Source of the DNA: Candidatus Latescibacterota bacterium
Lineage (GTDB): Bacteria; Latescibacterota; UBA2968; UBA8231
NCBI GenBank assembly: GCA_965261395.1
Contig: OZ253462.1
Coordinates: forward strand, 800,001-864,000
Reading direction: 5' to 3'
Length of the DNA stretch: 64,000 nt
Part shown: piece by piece, positions 38,409 through 48,159 of the stretch
Layout: every line of letters begins with the position of its first letter
Position numbering within the stretch: position 1 is the first letter of the stretch
Notes under the pieces: generated by a model
What the model saw: the letters and a program-made list of their open reading frames with translations, nothing else
What the model was told of the DNA's origin: nothing
The model's database searches: none
Program-made: the position numbers and the translations under genes

Positions 38409-39062
38409 ATGGCCAATATCACCCGCATCCTTTTCATCGGCAACAGCTTCACCGCGCGCAACAATCTGCCCGGCCTCCTCGCCCAACTCGTCCATGCCGG
38501 CGGCAAAGGCGAGCTGGAATGCGAACTCATCAGCGCCGGCGGGGCCTCGCTCCGAATGCACTTGAACAAAGGCGAGGCGCAAACGCGCTTGCAGGCATCC
38601 GGCTGGGATTACGTCGTATTGCAGGAGCAAAGCACCCTGCCGGTAAAAAATCCCAAGCGCACCGGGGAAAACATCCGCGAGTTCGACGCCATAATTAAAG
38701 CAGCACAGGCGCAGACGGTACTCTACATGACTTGGGCGCGGCAAAACGCCCCCGAGACCCAAGCCGCCTTGAGCGAGACTTATACCGAAGCGGGGCGCGA
38801 GATCGGCGCGACCGTCGTGCCCGTGGGGCTAGCTTGGCGCGATTGCTTAGCGGCCCATCCCGCTATCGTCCTGCACGACAAGGACCAAAGCCATCCCAAT
38901 CTCGCCGGATCCTATCTGGCAGCTTGTGCATTTTACGCGGCGCTCTTTATCGGCCGGTCCAAGTCCATTCCCAACATCGCCATTGACCTAGACACCGAAA
39001 CGGTCAACGCCCTCCACGAAGCTGCGCTGGCAACGACGCGTATCTACAGCGTCTCCGCGTAG
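38409..39062 (+). CDS. SGNH/GDSL hydrolase (DUF4886-like)
   Basis: FIGNSFT, WDYVVLQEQS and DQSHP motifs. Confidence 0.88.
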   Translation: MANITRILFIGNSFTARNNLPGLLAQLVHAGGKGELECELISAGGASLRMHLNKGEAQTRLQASGWDYVVLQEQSTLPVKNPKRTGENIREFDAIIKAAQAQTVLYMTWARQNAPETQAALSETYTEAGREIGATVVPVGLAWRDCLAAHPAIVLHDKDQSHPNLAGSYLAACAFYAALFIGRSKSIPNIAIDLDTETVNALHEAALATTRIYSVSA

Positions 39063-39076
39063 AGGAGTTCCCCCCT

Positions 39077-39529
39077 ATGAGTGCTTTTGCAAGCGAGTAC
39101 TACCTGTGGCTCAAAGCTATCCACATCATCTTCGTCATCGCTTGGATGGTCGGCATGTTTTATCTGCCGCGCCTCTATGTCTATCACTGCCAAGTCACCC
39201 CTAACTCCGAAGCCGACGAGACGTTCAAGGTCATGGAGCGCAAGTTGCTGAAGGTGATTATGAATCCGGCGATGATCGTTTCTTTTATAACCGGCATTCT
39301 GTTAATCATCGCCACGGGTGCAGGCGCGCCCGGCACCGGCTACTGGATGCACATCAAGTTAGTGCTAGTGCTCGGCATGGGTGCCGTCCACGGCATGCTC
39401 TCTTCCTACCGCAAGGCTTTTGCACGCGGTGAGAACCAAAAGAGCGAGCAGTTTTTCCGCTGCCTCAATGAAGTGCCCACTGTCTTGGTGATCGCCATTG
39501 TAATTCTAGTTGTGGTCAAGTTCATCTGA
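39077..39529 (+). CDS. hemJ: Protoporphyrinogen IX oxidase HemJ
   Basis: KAIHIIFVIAWMVGMFYLPRLYVYH, MERKL..IMNPA and NEVPT motifs. Confidence 0.93.
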   Translation: MSAFASEYYLWLKAIHIIFVIAWMVGMFYLPRLYVYHCQVTPNSEADETFKVMERKLLKVIMNPAMIVSFITGILLIIATGAGAPGTGYWMHIKLVLVLGMGAVHGMLSSYRKAFARGENQKSEQFFRCLNEVPTVLVIAIVILVVVKFI

Positions 39530-39627
39530 GGATGGGGGAATCGGCGCGTTCCCTGCTTGATTCAGAGCCTCAATTTCCTTATACCATCGCGGTGCATTTC
39601 CGCGACCCATTTATCAAGGAGAAACCC

Positions 39628-40605
39628 ATGAAATCGCTCACTTCGGCGGTGCTCGTGCTCGCCCTGTCCCTGCCGTGCTTTTCCCAGACCCGCGAACAAG
39701 GACCTTGGTGGCCCTCGCAATGGGGGGCCGACGACCAAGCCGGCGCATCCAACCGCATTACCGCCGCAACCATCCTCAAGGCCGTACAGCTAGTAAAGAC
39801 CGGCAAGATGTACGAGCTAGGCCAAGTTTACGAGCGCGGCATGCCGCTGTTTGGCGAGCGCACGTATGCGATGTTCATCCCCGGATCGCCCACCGGTGGC
39901 CCCTTCGGCGAGAACAATATGCTGATGTACCACGACGAGTTCCTCTGCGCCGAGATCGGCCAAGTAGGCACTCAGTTCGATGGGCTGGCCCACATTGGCA
40001 CGCGCATGAAGATGGCCGACGGCTCGACCCAAGACGTATTCTACAACGGCGTTACTGCCGATGAAATGGCTGGAGCTTACGGCGTCACCAAGCTGGGCAT
40101 TGAACATGTGCGCTCCTTTGTCACCCGCGGCGTGCTCATCGACATTGCCGGCTACAAGGGCGTCGAGCACCTCGACCACAGCTATGAGGTCACCGTCGCC
40201 GATATCCGCGGCGCGCTCGCAAAGCAAGGGATCGCCGAAAGCAGCATCCAAGAGGGCGACGCCCTGCTCTTCAACTACGGCTGGTCCAAGCTGTGGAAGG
40301 ATGCTGAAACCTACAACACCAACCCGCCCGGCATCGGCATGGAGGCCAGCGAGTGGATCATCTCTATGAAACCCTCGATGATCGGCACGGATCAGTGGAC
40401 CACCGAAGTCGTGCCCGGTCCCGACCCCAAGCAGGCCTTCCCGGTCCACCAAGAACTCATCCCCAAGAACGGCATCTTCAACCTGGAGAACATGGTCTTT
40501 GAAGAAGTGTTGGCCGACGAGGTGTACGAGTTTCTCTTCATATTCACGCCGACCCGCTTCAAAGGCGGCACTGGATCGCCAGGACGGCCGATCGCCATCC
40601 ACTGA
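39628..40605 (+). CDS. Secreted cyclase-family (kynurenine formamidase-like) metallohydrolase
   Basis: Signal peptide; WGADDQAGA, GTQFDGLAH, NLEN and GGTGSP motifs. Confidence 0.88.
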   Translation: MKSLTSAVLVLALSLPCFSQTREQGPWWPSQWGADDQAGASNRITAATILKAVQLVKTGKMYELGQVYERGMPLFGERTYAMFIPGSPTGGPFGENNMLMYHDEFLCAEIGQVGTQFDGLAHIGTRMKMADGSTQDVFYNGVTADEMAGAYGVTKLGIEHVRSFVTRGVLIDIAGYKGVEHLDHSYEVTVADIRGALAKQGIAESSIQEGDALLFNYGWSKLWKDAETYNTNPPGIGMEASEWIISMKPSMIGTDQWTTEVVPGPDPKQAFPVHQELIPKNGIFNLENMVFEEVLADEVYEFLFIFTPTRFKGGTGSPGRPIAIH

Positions 40606-40618
40606 ACTGGAAATGGAG

Positions 40619-40648
40619 AACCCCGCGTCGAAAAGGCGCGGGGTTTTT
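40619..40648 (+). terminator. Intrinsic terminator
   Basis: AACCCCGCGTC-GAAAA-GGCGCGGGGTT followed by T residues. Confidence 0.75.
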
Positions 40649-40664
40649 AACACCCAAGACCTCT

Positions 40665-41771
40665 ATGCAAGCATCCCAATATCCCACTCCACCCAGTCGC
40701 CTGCACGACCTCTTGCGCCCCGAAGTCCTAGCCGCCTTCGACCGCACCTTCTTTGAGCGGGAAGGCTATTGGGTCTGGGAGGGCGTCCTAACCGACGCCG
40801 GGCAACAGCGCTGGACGGCCAGCCTGCAAAAGCTACAACGGATGAACGACGCCGTTGTAGTAGATACCGATTGGGCCGCCATGGACTACGCGAGCCGTGG
40901 GTTGCCCAAACCGACACCGGAGCAGACGACTCCTGAGTTCCTGTCCGCCTGTTGCGGCGGATCGGAGCAGATGCGCTTTATGTCGTCGAAACTCCGCGCC
41001 TATATGTACGAACAGGGGCTTTTCGGACCTGGTTCCGCGCCGGTCTCCGCGGAATTCGAGTGGCAGGGGATGATGCCCGAATACTTTCCGCTCGCCTACG
41101 ACGATTTTATCCTCGACGCCACCACCAGCCACCCGCAGATGATGGAACTGTTCGGTCAGCTCCTCGGCGAGCGCTTCCTGATTGACCACTGCCTGATGCT
41201 CAACCGGCCTGCGGGATCGAGAGGGCGACGCTGGCACGCGCACCCGTATCGCCAAGGGCAGTACGAAAGCGAAAGCGCAATCGGCGACGGCCACGCGCTA
41301 ACCACCCAATTCCTAGCGCAGCAATGCGTCCGCACCCTGTGCTATCCCGAAGGGATGGGGATCGGCGACGGAGGCGGTGAGTTGGCCGTTATCCCCGGTT
41401 CCCACCTCTATCGCATTCCCTATCGGTGGAATTCCACGAGGCCCGAATACGACGACGAAATGCAGACCAACTGGATAGCGGGTAAAATCCACGCCTTTAC
41501 CGGCGAACCTTTGCGGATTGAGCGCTTGTCGCTGCCGCCCGGCAGCATGGTTTCCTTCGTTCACCATATGCCGCATCACGTCGGCCACCGCGACCCGGAT
41601 GCGCCCACTCGCTGGGGTCTGCTGATGGCCTACCGGACTCCCGACTCCAAAGCGAGTCCGGCCAAATGGAACGAAGGGACGCCCGCCCATTGGGCCGAGC
41701 GCATGGAAGCGGCGAGCAGGCTCACTCCTGCAATGCGCCGGATATTCGAAGGGGATCATTCTTTGGCTTAG
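40665..41771 (+). CDS. PhyH-like Fe/2OG enzyme with an HxH motif
   Basis: FFEREGY, WHAH, GGELAVIPGSH and HHMPH motifs. Confidence 0.8.
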   Translation: MQASQYPTPPSRLHDLLRPEVLAAFDRTFFEREGYWVWEGVLTDAGQQRWTASLQKLQRMNDAVVVDTDWAAMDYASRGLPKPTPEQTTPEFLSACCGGSEQMRFMSSKLRAYMYEQGLFGPGSAPVSAEFEWQGMMPEYFPLAYDDFILDATTSHPQMMELFGQLLGERFLIDHCLMLNRPAGSRGRRWHAHPYRQGQYESESAIGDGHALTTQFLAQQCVRTLCYPEGMGIGDGGGELAVIPGSHLYRIPYRWNSTRPEYDDEMQTNWIAGKIHAFTGEPLRIERLSLPPGSMVSFVHHMPHHVGHRDPDAPTRWGLLMAYRTPDSKASPAKWNEGTPAHWAERMEAASRLTPAMRRIFEGDHSLA

Positions 41772-41882
41772 GGGACGCCTTTATCCTTTAATCCGATGTT
41801 CAAGCTTATGGAGCTACGACTGGCGGCTCCCGTCTATAAAGTCCTATACTATCGCCATATCGCATCCACGAGGAGATACGCC

Positions 41883-43841
41883 ATGCTCGTTTCCCTACTC
41901 CTTGCCCTCGCCCTGCTCGCTCCACCGTTACTAGCCGATTCCACCAGCGAATGGCGTTCATACGGCGCGACAACGGCCAGCACCAAATACGCCCCTTTCG
42001 ACCAAATCGACGCCACCAATTTCGCTCAGTTAGAAATAGCTTGGACTTGGGCCTCAGCCGATCAGCCCATCCTCGACGCCCATCCAGAAATCTGGACCAT
42101 GGTCTTTGAGGGCACACCCCTCCAAGTCGGCGACAAACTCTACGTTAGCACCTCGCTCAACCTAGTCGTCGCCCTCGACGCCGCAAGCGGCAAAACAATC
42201 TGGACCTACGACCCAGGTACCTGGAGGTCGGGCACGCCAGCCAACGTCGGCCTAGTCCACCGCGGCGTCTCCTACTGGGAGGACGGCGACGACCGTCGCA
42301 TTGTCTTTGGCACCGGCGACGCCTATCTCATCGCCCTCAACGCCGACATCGGCCAACCCATCCAGAGCTTTGGCGACGGTGGCCGCGTCGATTTGACCAA
42401 GGGCCTGCGCCGACCGGTCGCACGCGAACTCTACGCGGTCACCTCGCCGCCGGTCATCTGCGGCGACATCGCTGTCGTCGGCGCGGTGGTTCTCGACGCC
42501 TTTGCCGTTGGTCGCCCGCCCGACGAGACCATGCCCCCAGGCGATGTGCGCGGCTTCGACGTGCGCACCGGCGCACAAACGTGGGTCTTTGAAACCATCC
42601 CACAGGAGGGGGCCTTCGGCAACGAGACTTGGGAAGACGGCTCGTGGAAAAATACCGGTAACACCAATGTCTGGACCCTGATGAGCGCCGATCCCGAATT
42701 GGGTTATGTCTATTTGCCGGTGAGCACCCCGACCAACGACTACTATGGCGGGCACCGCCCCGGCGACAATCTCTTCGCCGAGAGCCTCGTCTGCCTCGAC
42801 GCCGCTACGGGCGCGCGCGTCTGGCACTTTCAGACCACCCACCACGGGATGTGGGACTACGATCTGCCGGCTGCGCCCAACCTCGTCGATATCAAAGTCG
42901 GGGATCGGGAAATCAAGGCCGTGGCCCAAGTCACCAAACAGGGCTTCTGCTTCGTCTTTGATCGCCAAACGGGCGAGCCAATCTGGCCCATCGAGGAAAA
43001 ACCCGTACCGCAATCCGACATCCCCGGCGAAAAGTCCTCGCCTACCCAACCCATTCCCAGCAAGCCAGCCGCCTTCGAGCGCCAGGGCCTGACTGGGGAC
43101 GATTTGATCGACTTTACGCCAACCCTGCGCCAGATGGCCAGGACCATCGCGGCAGATTACAGCTACGGCCCGCTCTACATGGCGCAGACAATGGAGAGCA
43201 TGGATAAGAAGGGGACGATCCTCGTCCCCGGCATTATCGGCGGAGCGAGCTGGGCCGGTGCTGCGGTCAATCCCCATAAAGGCATAATCTACATTCCGTC
43301 CTATACGTTCCCGGCCGTGCTGACCCTGACCGAAGCCACCGACCCCAACGCCCCCTTCCGCTATACCGGCGGGGTAGAATTCGGCCCCGACGGCCCGCGT
43401 GGCCTGCCCTTGCTCAAGCCGCCTTACGGCCGGATCACCGCCATTGACCTCAACACCGGCGAGCATCGCTGGCAGGTCCCCGTGGGCGAGGGACCGCGCG
43501 ACCATCCCAGCCTTGCCCATCTCGACCTGCCGCCCTTGGGCTGGGCACAGCGCAACTTCCCCATCATCACCGAGAGCTTGCTCTTTGCCGCGACTCAGGC
43601 GCAGTGGGACGTAGTCAACAACTCGCCCCGAGGCAACGCCGTCGAGGTCAAGACCAAGACCAATGCACCCTATCTCTGGGCCTTCGACCCGGACGACGGC
43701 GCGCTGATCGGCAAAGTCGAGCTACCGCGCAACGCCTCGGGCCAGCCCATCACTTATATGGCCGGCGGCAAGCAATACATCGCCATCCCCACCGGTGGGG
43801 CCGACCAGCCAGCCGAGTTGGTGGCGCTGAGTCTGCCTTGA
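41883..43841 (+). CDS. Secreted PQQ-dependent (glucose/quinate-type) dehydrogenase
   Basis: Signal peptide; RGVSYW, GDVRGFD, WDYDLPA and KPPYG motifs; PQQ beta-propeller repeats. Confidence 0.92.
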   Translation: MLVSLLLALALLAPPLLADSTSEWRSYGATTASTKYAPFDQIDATNFAQLEIAWTWASADQPILDAHPEIWTMVFEGTPLQVGDKLYVSTSLNLVVALDAASGKTIWTYDPGTWRSGTPANVGLVHRGVSYWEDGDDRRIVFGTGDAYLIALNADIGQPIQSFGDGGRVDLTKGLRRPVARELYAVTSPPVICGDIAVVGAVVLDAFAVGRPPDETMPPGDVRGFDVRTGAQTWVFETIPQEGAFGNETWEDGSWKNTGNTNVWTLMSADPELGYVYLPVSTPTNDYYGGHRPGDNLFAESLVCLDAATGARVWHFQTTHHGMWDYDLPAAPNLVDIKVGDREIKAVAQVTKQGFCFVFDRQTGEPIWPIEEKPVPQSDIPGEKSSPTQPIPSKPAAFERQGLTGDDLIDFTPTLRQMARTIAADYSYGPLYMAQTMESMDKKGTILVPGIIGGASWAGAAVNPHKGIIYIPSYTFPAVLTLTEATDPNAPFRYTGGVEFGPDGPRGLPLLKPPYGRITAIDLNTGEHRWQVPVGEGPRDHPSLAHLDLPPLGWAQRNFPIITESLLFAATQAQWDVVNNSPRGNAVEVKTKTNAPYLWAFDPDDGALIGKVELPRNASGQPITYMAGGKQYIAIPTGGADQPAELVALSLP

Positions 43842-43859
43842 TAAGGAAGGACCGTGCGC

Positions 43860-43955
43860 ATGAATTCCCTCTTCCGCCTCGACGCCTCCTCTTCAGCCAA
43901 CCTAGAATTCTTCCACCAAGACGGATTCACCGCCATGCCTCGGGTATCCATTTGA
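43860..43955 (+). pseudogene. 5' relic of a homolog of the dioxygenase at 45282
   Basis: MNSLFRLDASSSANLEFFHQDGF versus MNSLFRQQAPSSADLDSFHQDGY. Confidence 0.8.
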
Positions 43956-44004
43956 TAAGCACCAACCATCTCCGTCGTCGCTTTAGTACCCACCGTCCAT
44001 CTCA

Positions 44005-45285
44005 ATGAACTTTTTTCGCGGCTTCTCGCTCAAAATCACCTGTACCTTGCTGGTGTTTGCCTTGGGCTTTGCCAACTCGGTGCTGCTGGCCGGCCAACTA
44101 GGGAGGGAACAGTATGGCGTTCTAGCGGTATGGATCAACATCGTCATGCTGGGATCACTGCTCTTGGGGGACTGGCTCAACAAGGGGAACATCTACATAG
44201 TGGGGCGAGAGCGGGCGCGGGAGGCTGCGATCAATCACACCCTATTATACGGTCTCACGTTGGGTGCCCTCCTCTTGCTGAGTGCCCCTTTTAGCCTGAA
44301 GATCGCCAACCTTTTGCTTCCCGGCATTACCTTGGTCCAATGGGTCTTAGGCGTCGGCGTAATTGCGCTCACCGTGCTGCAAAACGCTGGACTTTCCATC
44401 CTTTTAGGCGAAGACCGACTCAAGCTCCACGCGCTACTACCCGTGATTTTTATCGTCGTCTATCTCGGCGGCAACCTAGTCCTTTTTCAGCTAGGGCACT
44501 TCCGCTTGGAATGGGTGATGGGGATCTGGATAGGAGCGGTAGGGGCAACGGCACTGGCGGCTTTGGTGCCTTTTCTGTACAACAGCGGGTTTCGCTTTAA
44601 GTGGGGAGGCCGATACTGGCTGGAGCAGATATTCCGAGTTGGCTCGCGTGGCGAGGTTTGCGCCGTGCTCATTTTCTTGATGCTCAAAAGCGACCTCTTT
44701 TTGATCCGCCACTTTTTGGGCGAGGAAGAAGTCGGCGTGTACAGGGTGGCGACGAACTTTACAGACATGGTGCAGCGCGTGCCCAACGTTGCTTCCCTCG
44801 TCCTCCTCGCCAAGATAGTGCGCGGCCAAGGCAGCACGCGGCTCTCCTTGAACATCGCACAGGGGGTATTTGCATTTGCTCTCCTTTCGGCTGTTGGCTT
44901 GGTCCTCGGCGGACGCCCGCTATTGAGCATTTTCTTCCCCTTGTATCCAGATGCCTACGCGCCTCTTGTTTGGCTGTTGCCCGGCATGTTGTTTTTGGGT
45001 TGCGGGGCCGTGTTCAACGCCAAGCTAATGGGCGAGGGCTACCCCTCCATAACCCTCTGGGCACCGGGCGTCGCGCTGGCGGCCAACTTGGCCCTGAACC
45101 TATTGTTGATCCCCAAGCTGGGCCTGCGCGGTGCCGCCCTATCTACTTCGCTGGCGTATGCGTTATGGGGCGTGCTGACGGCTTCTTATTTCCTTCGTCT
45201 AAACCGGCTGAGCTGGCGGGCTGTCTTCGCGCCGCCCTCTTTTGGGCGAGAGGAACCGTCGACGCTCTCAAAGGAATCGCCATGA
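44005..45285 (+). CDS. Oligosaccharide flippase (Wzx/MOP family)
   Basis: About 12 TM helices; LGREQYG, LGEEEVGVY and NLLLIPKLGLRGAA motifs. Confidence 0.88.
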   Translation: MNFFRGFSLKITCTLLVFALGFANSVLLAGQLGREQYGVLAVWINIVMLGSLLLGDWLNKGNIYIVGRERAREAAINHTLLYGLTLGALLLLSAPFSLKIANLLLPGITLVQWVLGVGVIALTVLQNAGLSILLGEDRLKLHALLPVIFIVVYLGGNLVLFQLGHFRLEWVMGIWIGAVGATALAALVPFLYNSGFRFKWGGRYWLEQIFRVGSRGEVCAVLIFLMLKSDLFLIRHFLGEEEVGVYRVATNFTDMVQRVPNVASLVLLAKIVRGQGSTRLSLNIAQGVFAFALLSAVGLVLGGRPLLSIFFPLYPDAYAPLVWLLPGMLFLGCGAVFNAKLMGEGYPSITLWAPGVALAANLALNLLLIPKLGLRGAALSTSLAYALWGVLTASYFLRLNRLSWRAVFAPPSFGREEPSTLSKESP

Positions 45286-46100
45286 ACTCACTATTTCGCC
45301 AACAAGCTCCCTCCTCAGCCGACTTGGACTCCTTCCACCAAGACGGCTATATCTTCTACCCGGACGTACTCAAGGACGAGGCCCGGCGCAGCCTAACCAA
45401 CGAAATCCTCGGCCTCGACTCGGTGCGCCACTACCTCGACGCCTTGGACGAAAAGTCCGCCGCGCCCCAATCCTACTTCGTCCGCCCCTGGAACGACCGC
45501 GGCCCATGCGGCGACCACCTCATAGACGATCCCTTTGTCACCGCGCTGCTGCAAGCTACCATCGGCCCAAGCTACCACTTCTGCCACTCCGCTCTCAACC
45601 TTGCCCCGCGTGGCATAGGCCCCGTTCCCTACCACCAAGATCACCACCACTGGAAGCACGAAAACCCCATCAACCTCGCCGAGCGCGACAAGTACTACAT
45701 CCAAATTCTCTACTATCCCAATGGCTTCACACTCGGCGACCGCAACCTCAAGGTCATTCCCGGCAGCCACCTCGTCGCCCCGACCGCAGAGGCCACGCCT
45801 GAACGCATGCTGGCCGGGGCATACGACGCAGAGGCCGGGCGCGAGCTAAAAGAGATGCGGCTCGCAGTGCCTCCGGGCAGCATGGTCTATATCAACGCGC
45901 GGATTTTCCACGCCGTCGAAGCCAAACCCGCCGACTCCCCTCAGCCCTATCGCATCTTCAACATCGACATCTTCAAAGAAGCTGGGCCGCCGCATCGCTA
46001 TACTCAGGAGATCCCGCCCGAATGGATTGCACGCGCCAATCCCCAACGCAAAAGACTCTTTCTCCGCGAGCCTTATACGGAAGGATGTTGGACGGCCTGA
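45282..46100 (+). CDS. PhyH-like Fe/2OG dioxygenase
   Basis: YHQD, VIPGSH and IFHAV motifs; real start taken as ATG 45282 with an AAGGAA ribosome-binding site. Confidence 0.9.
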   Translation: MNSLFRQQAPSSADLDSFHQDGYIFYPDVLKDEARRSLTNEILGLDSVRHYLDALDEKSAAPQSYFVRPWNDRGPCGDHLIDDPFVTALLQATIGPSYHFCHSALNLAPRGIGPVPYHQDHHHWKHENPINLAERDKYYIQILYYPNGFTLGDRNLKVIPGSHLVAPTAEATPERMLAGAYDAEAGRELKEMRLAVPPGSMVYINARIFHAVEAKPADSPQPYRIFNIDIFKEAGPPHRYTQEIPPEWIARANPQRKRLFLREPYTEGCWTA

Positions 46101-46209
46101 GCGTTTTTCGGCTAGGCATGGCAGCACTCGACTCAAGACATTACAATACCACCTTACACTGTCTGCGGCGCACAGGAGCAAGTGCCGTGTTCGCTATAGG
46201 AGCTTTACC

Positions 46210-47385
46210 ATGAGAGTAGCCGCCATCGCCACCATCTACCATCCCAAGTCGCATGCCGACGTCATTGCCACCAAGTTTATGAAGGGCATGTCCACGGACG
46301 AGGGCCTGATGCCCCCAGAAGTGGACCTAGTATCCTTGTACATCGACCATGTGCTGGAAAACGATATCGGCGTGGGCTTGGCCCAAGAGTATGGGGTCCC
46401 CATCTATCCCAGCATCCGCCGCGCCCTGCACGCTGGTGCCGACCGGCTCAATGTAGATGCGGTACTGCTCATCGGTGAGCACGGCGACTACCCCTGGAAC
46501 GAGCGGGGCCGCCACATGTACCCGCGCCGCTATTTCTTTGAGCAAATCGCTGGCGTCTTTGCCGAGAGCGGCCGCTCGGTGCCCGTATTTTCAGATAAGC
46601 ATTTAGCGTATGACTTTAGGGACGCCCAGTGGATGTGGGACCGGGCTGGAGAATTGGCCATCCCGCTGATGGCCGGGTCGTCGCTGCCCTTGGCTTGGCG
46701 CTCTCCTTGGCTGGAGCATCCCAAGGATGCGCCCATTGAGGAAGCGCTCTCCATCGGCTACGGCGGCATCGAGGCATATGGGTACCACGCTTTAGAAACT
46801 TTGCAGTGCATGGTCGAGCGGCGGCGCGGTGGCGAGCAGGGGGTGGGGTGGGTGCAGTGCCTCGAAGGGGACGACGTGTGGCGCGCCCGCGACGAGGGGC
46901 AGTGGTCTGGGGAGCTGGCCGAGGCCGCTTGCGCCGCCATTGCCAAAAAGCCGGATGGATCTATGGAGGAGCATTCCAAAGAGCCGGCCGTCTTCCTCAT
47001 AGAACACTGCGACGGCTTGCGCACGGCGACATTGATGCTCAACGGCTATGTCAGCGACTTCGCCTATGCCGCACGGACAGGAGGGCAGGTGCAGGCCACG
47101 GAGTTCTACTTGCAGAACGAGGGGCCGTTTGCCCACTTCGGCTATCTATGCCGCAACATCCAGCAGTTTTTCAAAACGGGCCAAGCCCCGTATCCGCCCG
47201 AGCGCACCTTGCTGACGACCGGGGTTATCGACGCGGCGATGAATTCGCGCTACGAAGGTCACCGCCGGGTCGAGACACCTTACCTAAACATCGCTTACCA
47301 GTCTTACGACCAGATGCCGCAACGGCCACAGGGGCCACGCCCTAGCGGTGCCTGCATCGATCCGCAGGCACCCGACATTCTGTAG
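46210..47385 (+). CDS. Hypothetical oxidoreductase-like protein (distant Gfo/Idh/MocA fold)
   Basis: SHADVI, DAVLLIGEHG, VFSDKHL, AGSSLP and YGYHALE motifs. Confidence 0.75.
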   Translation: MRVAAIATIYHPKSHADVIATKFMKGMSTDEGLMPPEVDLVSLYIDHVLENDIGVGLAQEYGVPIYPSIRRALHAGADRLNVDAVLLIGEHGDYPWNERGRHMYPRRYFFEQIAGVFAESGRSVPVFSDKHLAYDFRDAQWMWDRAGELAIPLMAGSSLPLAWRSPWLEHPKDAPIEEALSIGYGGIEAYGYHALETLQCMVERRRGGEQGVGWVQCLEGDDVWRARDEGQWSGELAEAACAAIAKKPDGSMEEHSKEPAVFLIEHCDGLRTATLMLNGYVSDFAYAARTGGQVQATEFYLQNEGPFAHFGYLCRNIQQFFKTGQAPYPPERTLLTTGVIDAAMNSRYEGHRRVETPYLNIAYQSYDQMPQRPQGPRPSGACIDPQAPDIL

Positions 47386-47388
47386 GAC

Positions 47389-47820
47389 TTAGTGTGCGCC
47401 GCGCCGGAAGAAGGCGTCGAGAGAGTAGCGTCCCGCGCCCGTTAGAAACAACGTGGCAAAGGGGGAAAAGTACAGCAGGGCGAATTCCTTTTTCGCCCAG
47501 GGGTCGTCCCCGTGTATGATAAGCGCGGCCACTAGCATGGTGACCATGAGCGGCACAGCAGCCCAGCGGGTGGCGAATCCCAAAATCACCGCTAGGGCAC
47601 AAAACGCTTCGGCACCCGTGGCCAAGGCCATGCTCAGCGATGAGCCGATGCCCAAGGGGTCGGGGAACGAGGAGGAGCGCTCCGCAAAACTGGTCAATTT
47701 ACCCCAGCCGTGGCCGAGCAACATCATACCGCCGACGGACACCCTCAACAGCAGCAGCCCCAGTGAATAGCCAATGCCGGCCGAGGGAGCCGGGCCGCAC
47801 AACAGTCTTCTTAGAATCAT
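47389..47820 (-). CDS. DoxX family membrane protein
   Basis: LLLRV..G..M..HG..KL, GFATR and GAGRYSLD motifs. Confidence 0.92.
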   Translation of the reverse strand: MILRRLLCGPAPSAGIGYSLGLLLLRVSVGGMMLLGHGWGKLTSFAERSSSFPDPLGIGSSLSMALATGAEAFCALAVILGFATRWAAVPLMVTMLVAALIIHGDDPWAKKEFALLYFSPFATLFLTGAGRYSLDAFFRRGAH

Positions 47821-47844
47821 ATTTTTTCCTTGGGTCAGCCAGTT

Positions 47845-48159
47845 TCAGTCCTTCAATTCGACGATAATATTCCGCCACGGCCCTTCGCCTGCGTTAAACG
47901 CCTCGTGCACCGCCTCCCCTTCGACCGCGTTGAACCGCACCTCCCCATCCTGCATATCCCTAGCCTCCCCGCGATTTCCCTCCGCATCGGCCGCCTGCAA
48001 CCGGCCGTCGCCAATAACTACATATAGGTAGTCGTGCTCGTGCCGATGCACTCCCGTGCTCTCGCCCGGTGCCAACCGCAGATCCCAAACCCGCACCCGT
48101 TCATTCTCAAAGAGCAACTGCGTTCCCACTTCTGGCGAAATGGTTTTGTTTGTTTTCAT
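47845..48159 (-). CDS. Cupin domain protein
   Basis: LFENERVRVW..LAPGE..HRHEHDY and HEAFN motifs. Confidence 0.9.
   Translation of the reverse strand: MKTNKTISPEVGTQLLFENERVRVWDLRLAPGESTGVHRHEHDYLYVVIGDGRLQAADAEGNRGEARDMQDGEVRFNAVEGEAVHEAFNAGEGPWRNIIVELKD

Noticed and set aside
44601-45281. Long N-terminal extension of the dioxygenase ORF 44601..46100
   Set aside because: It overlaps the flippase in another frame. The real start is ATG 45282, supported by a ribosome-binding site and the paralog relic.
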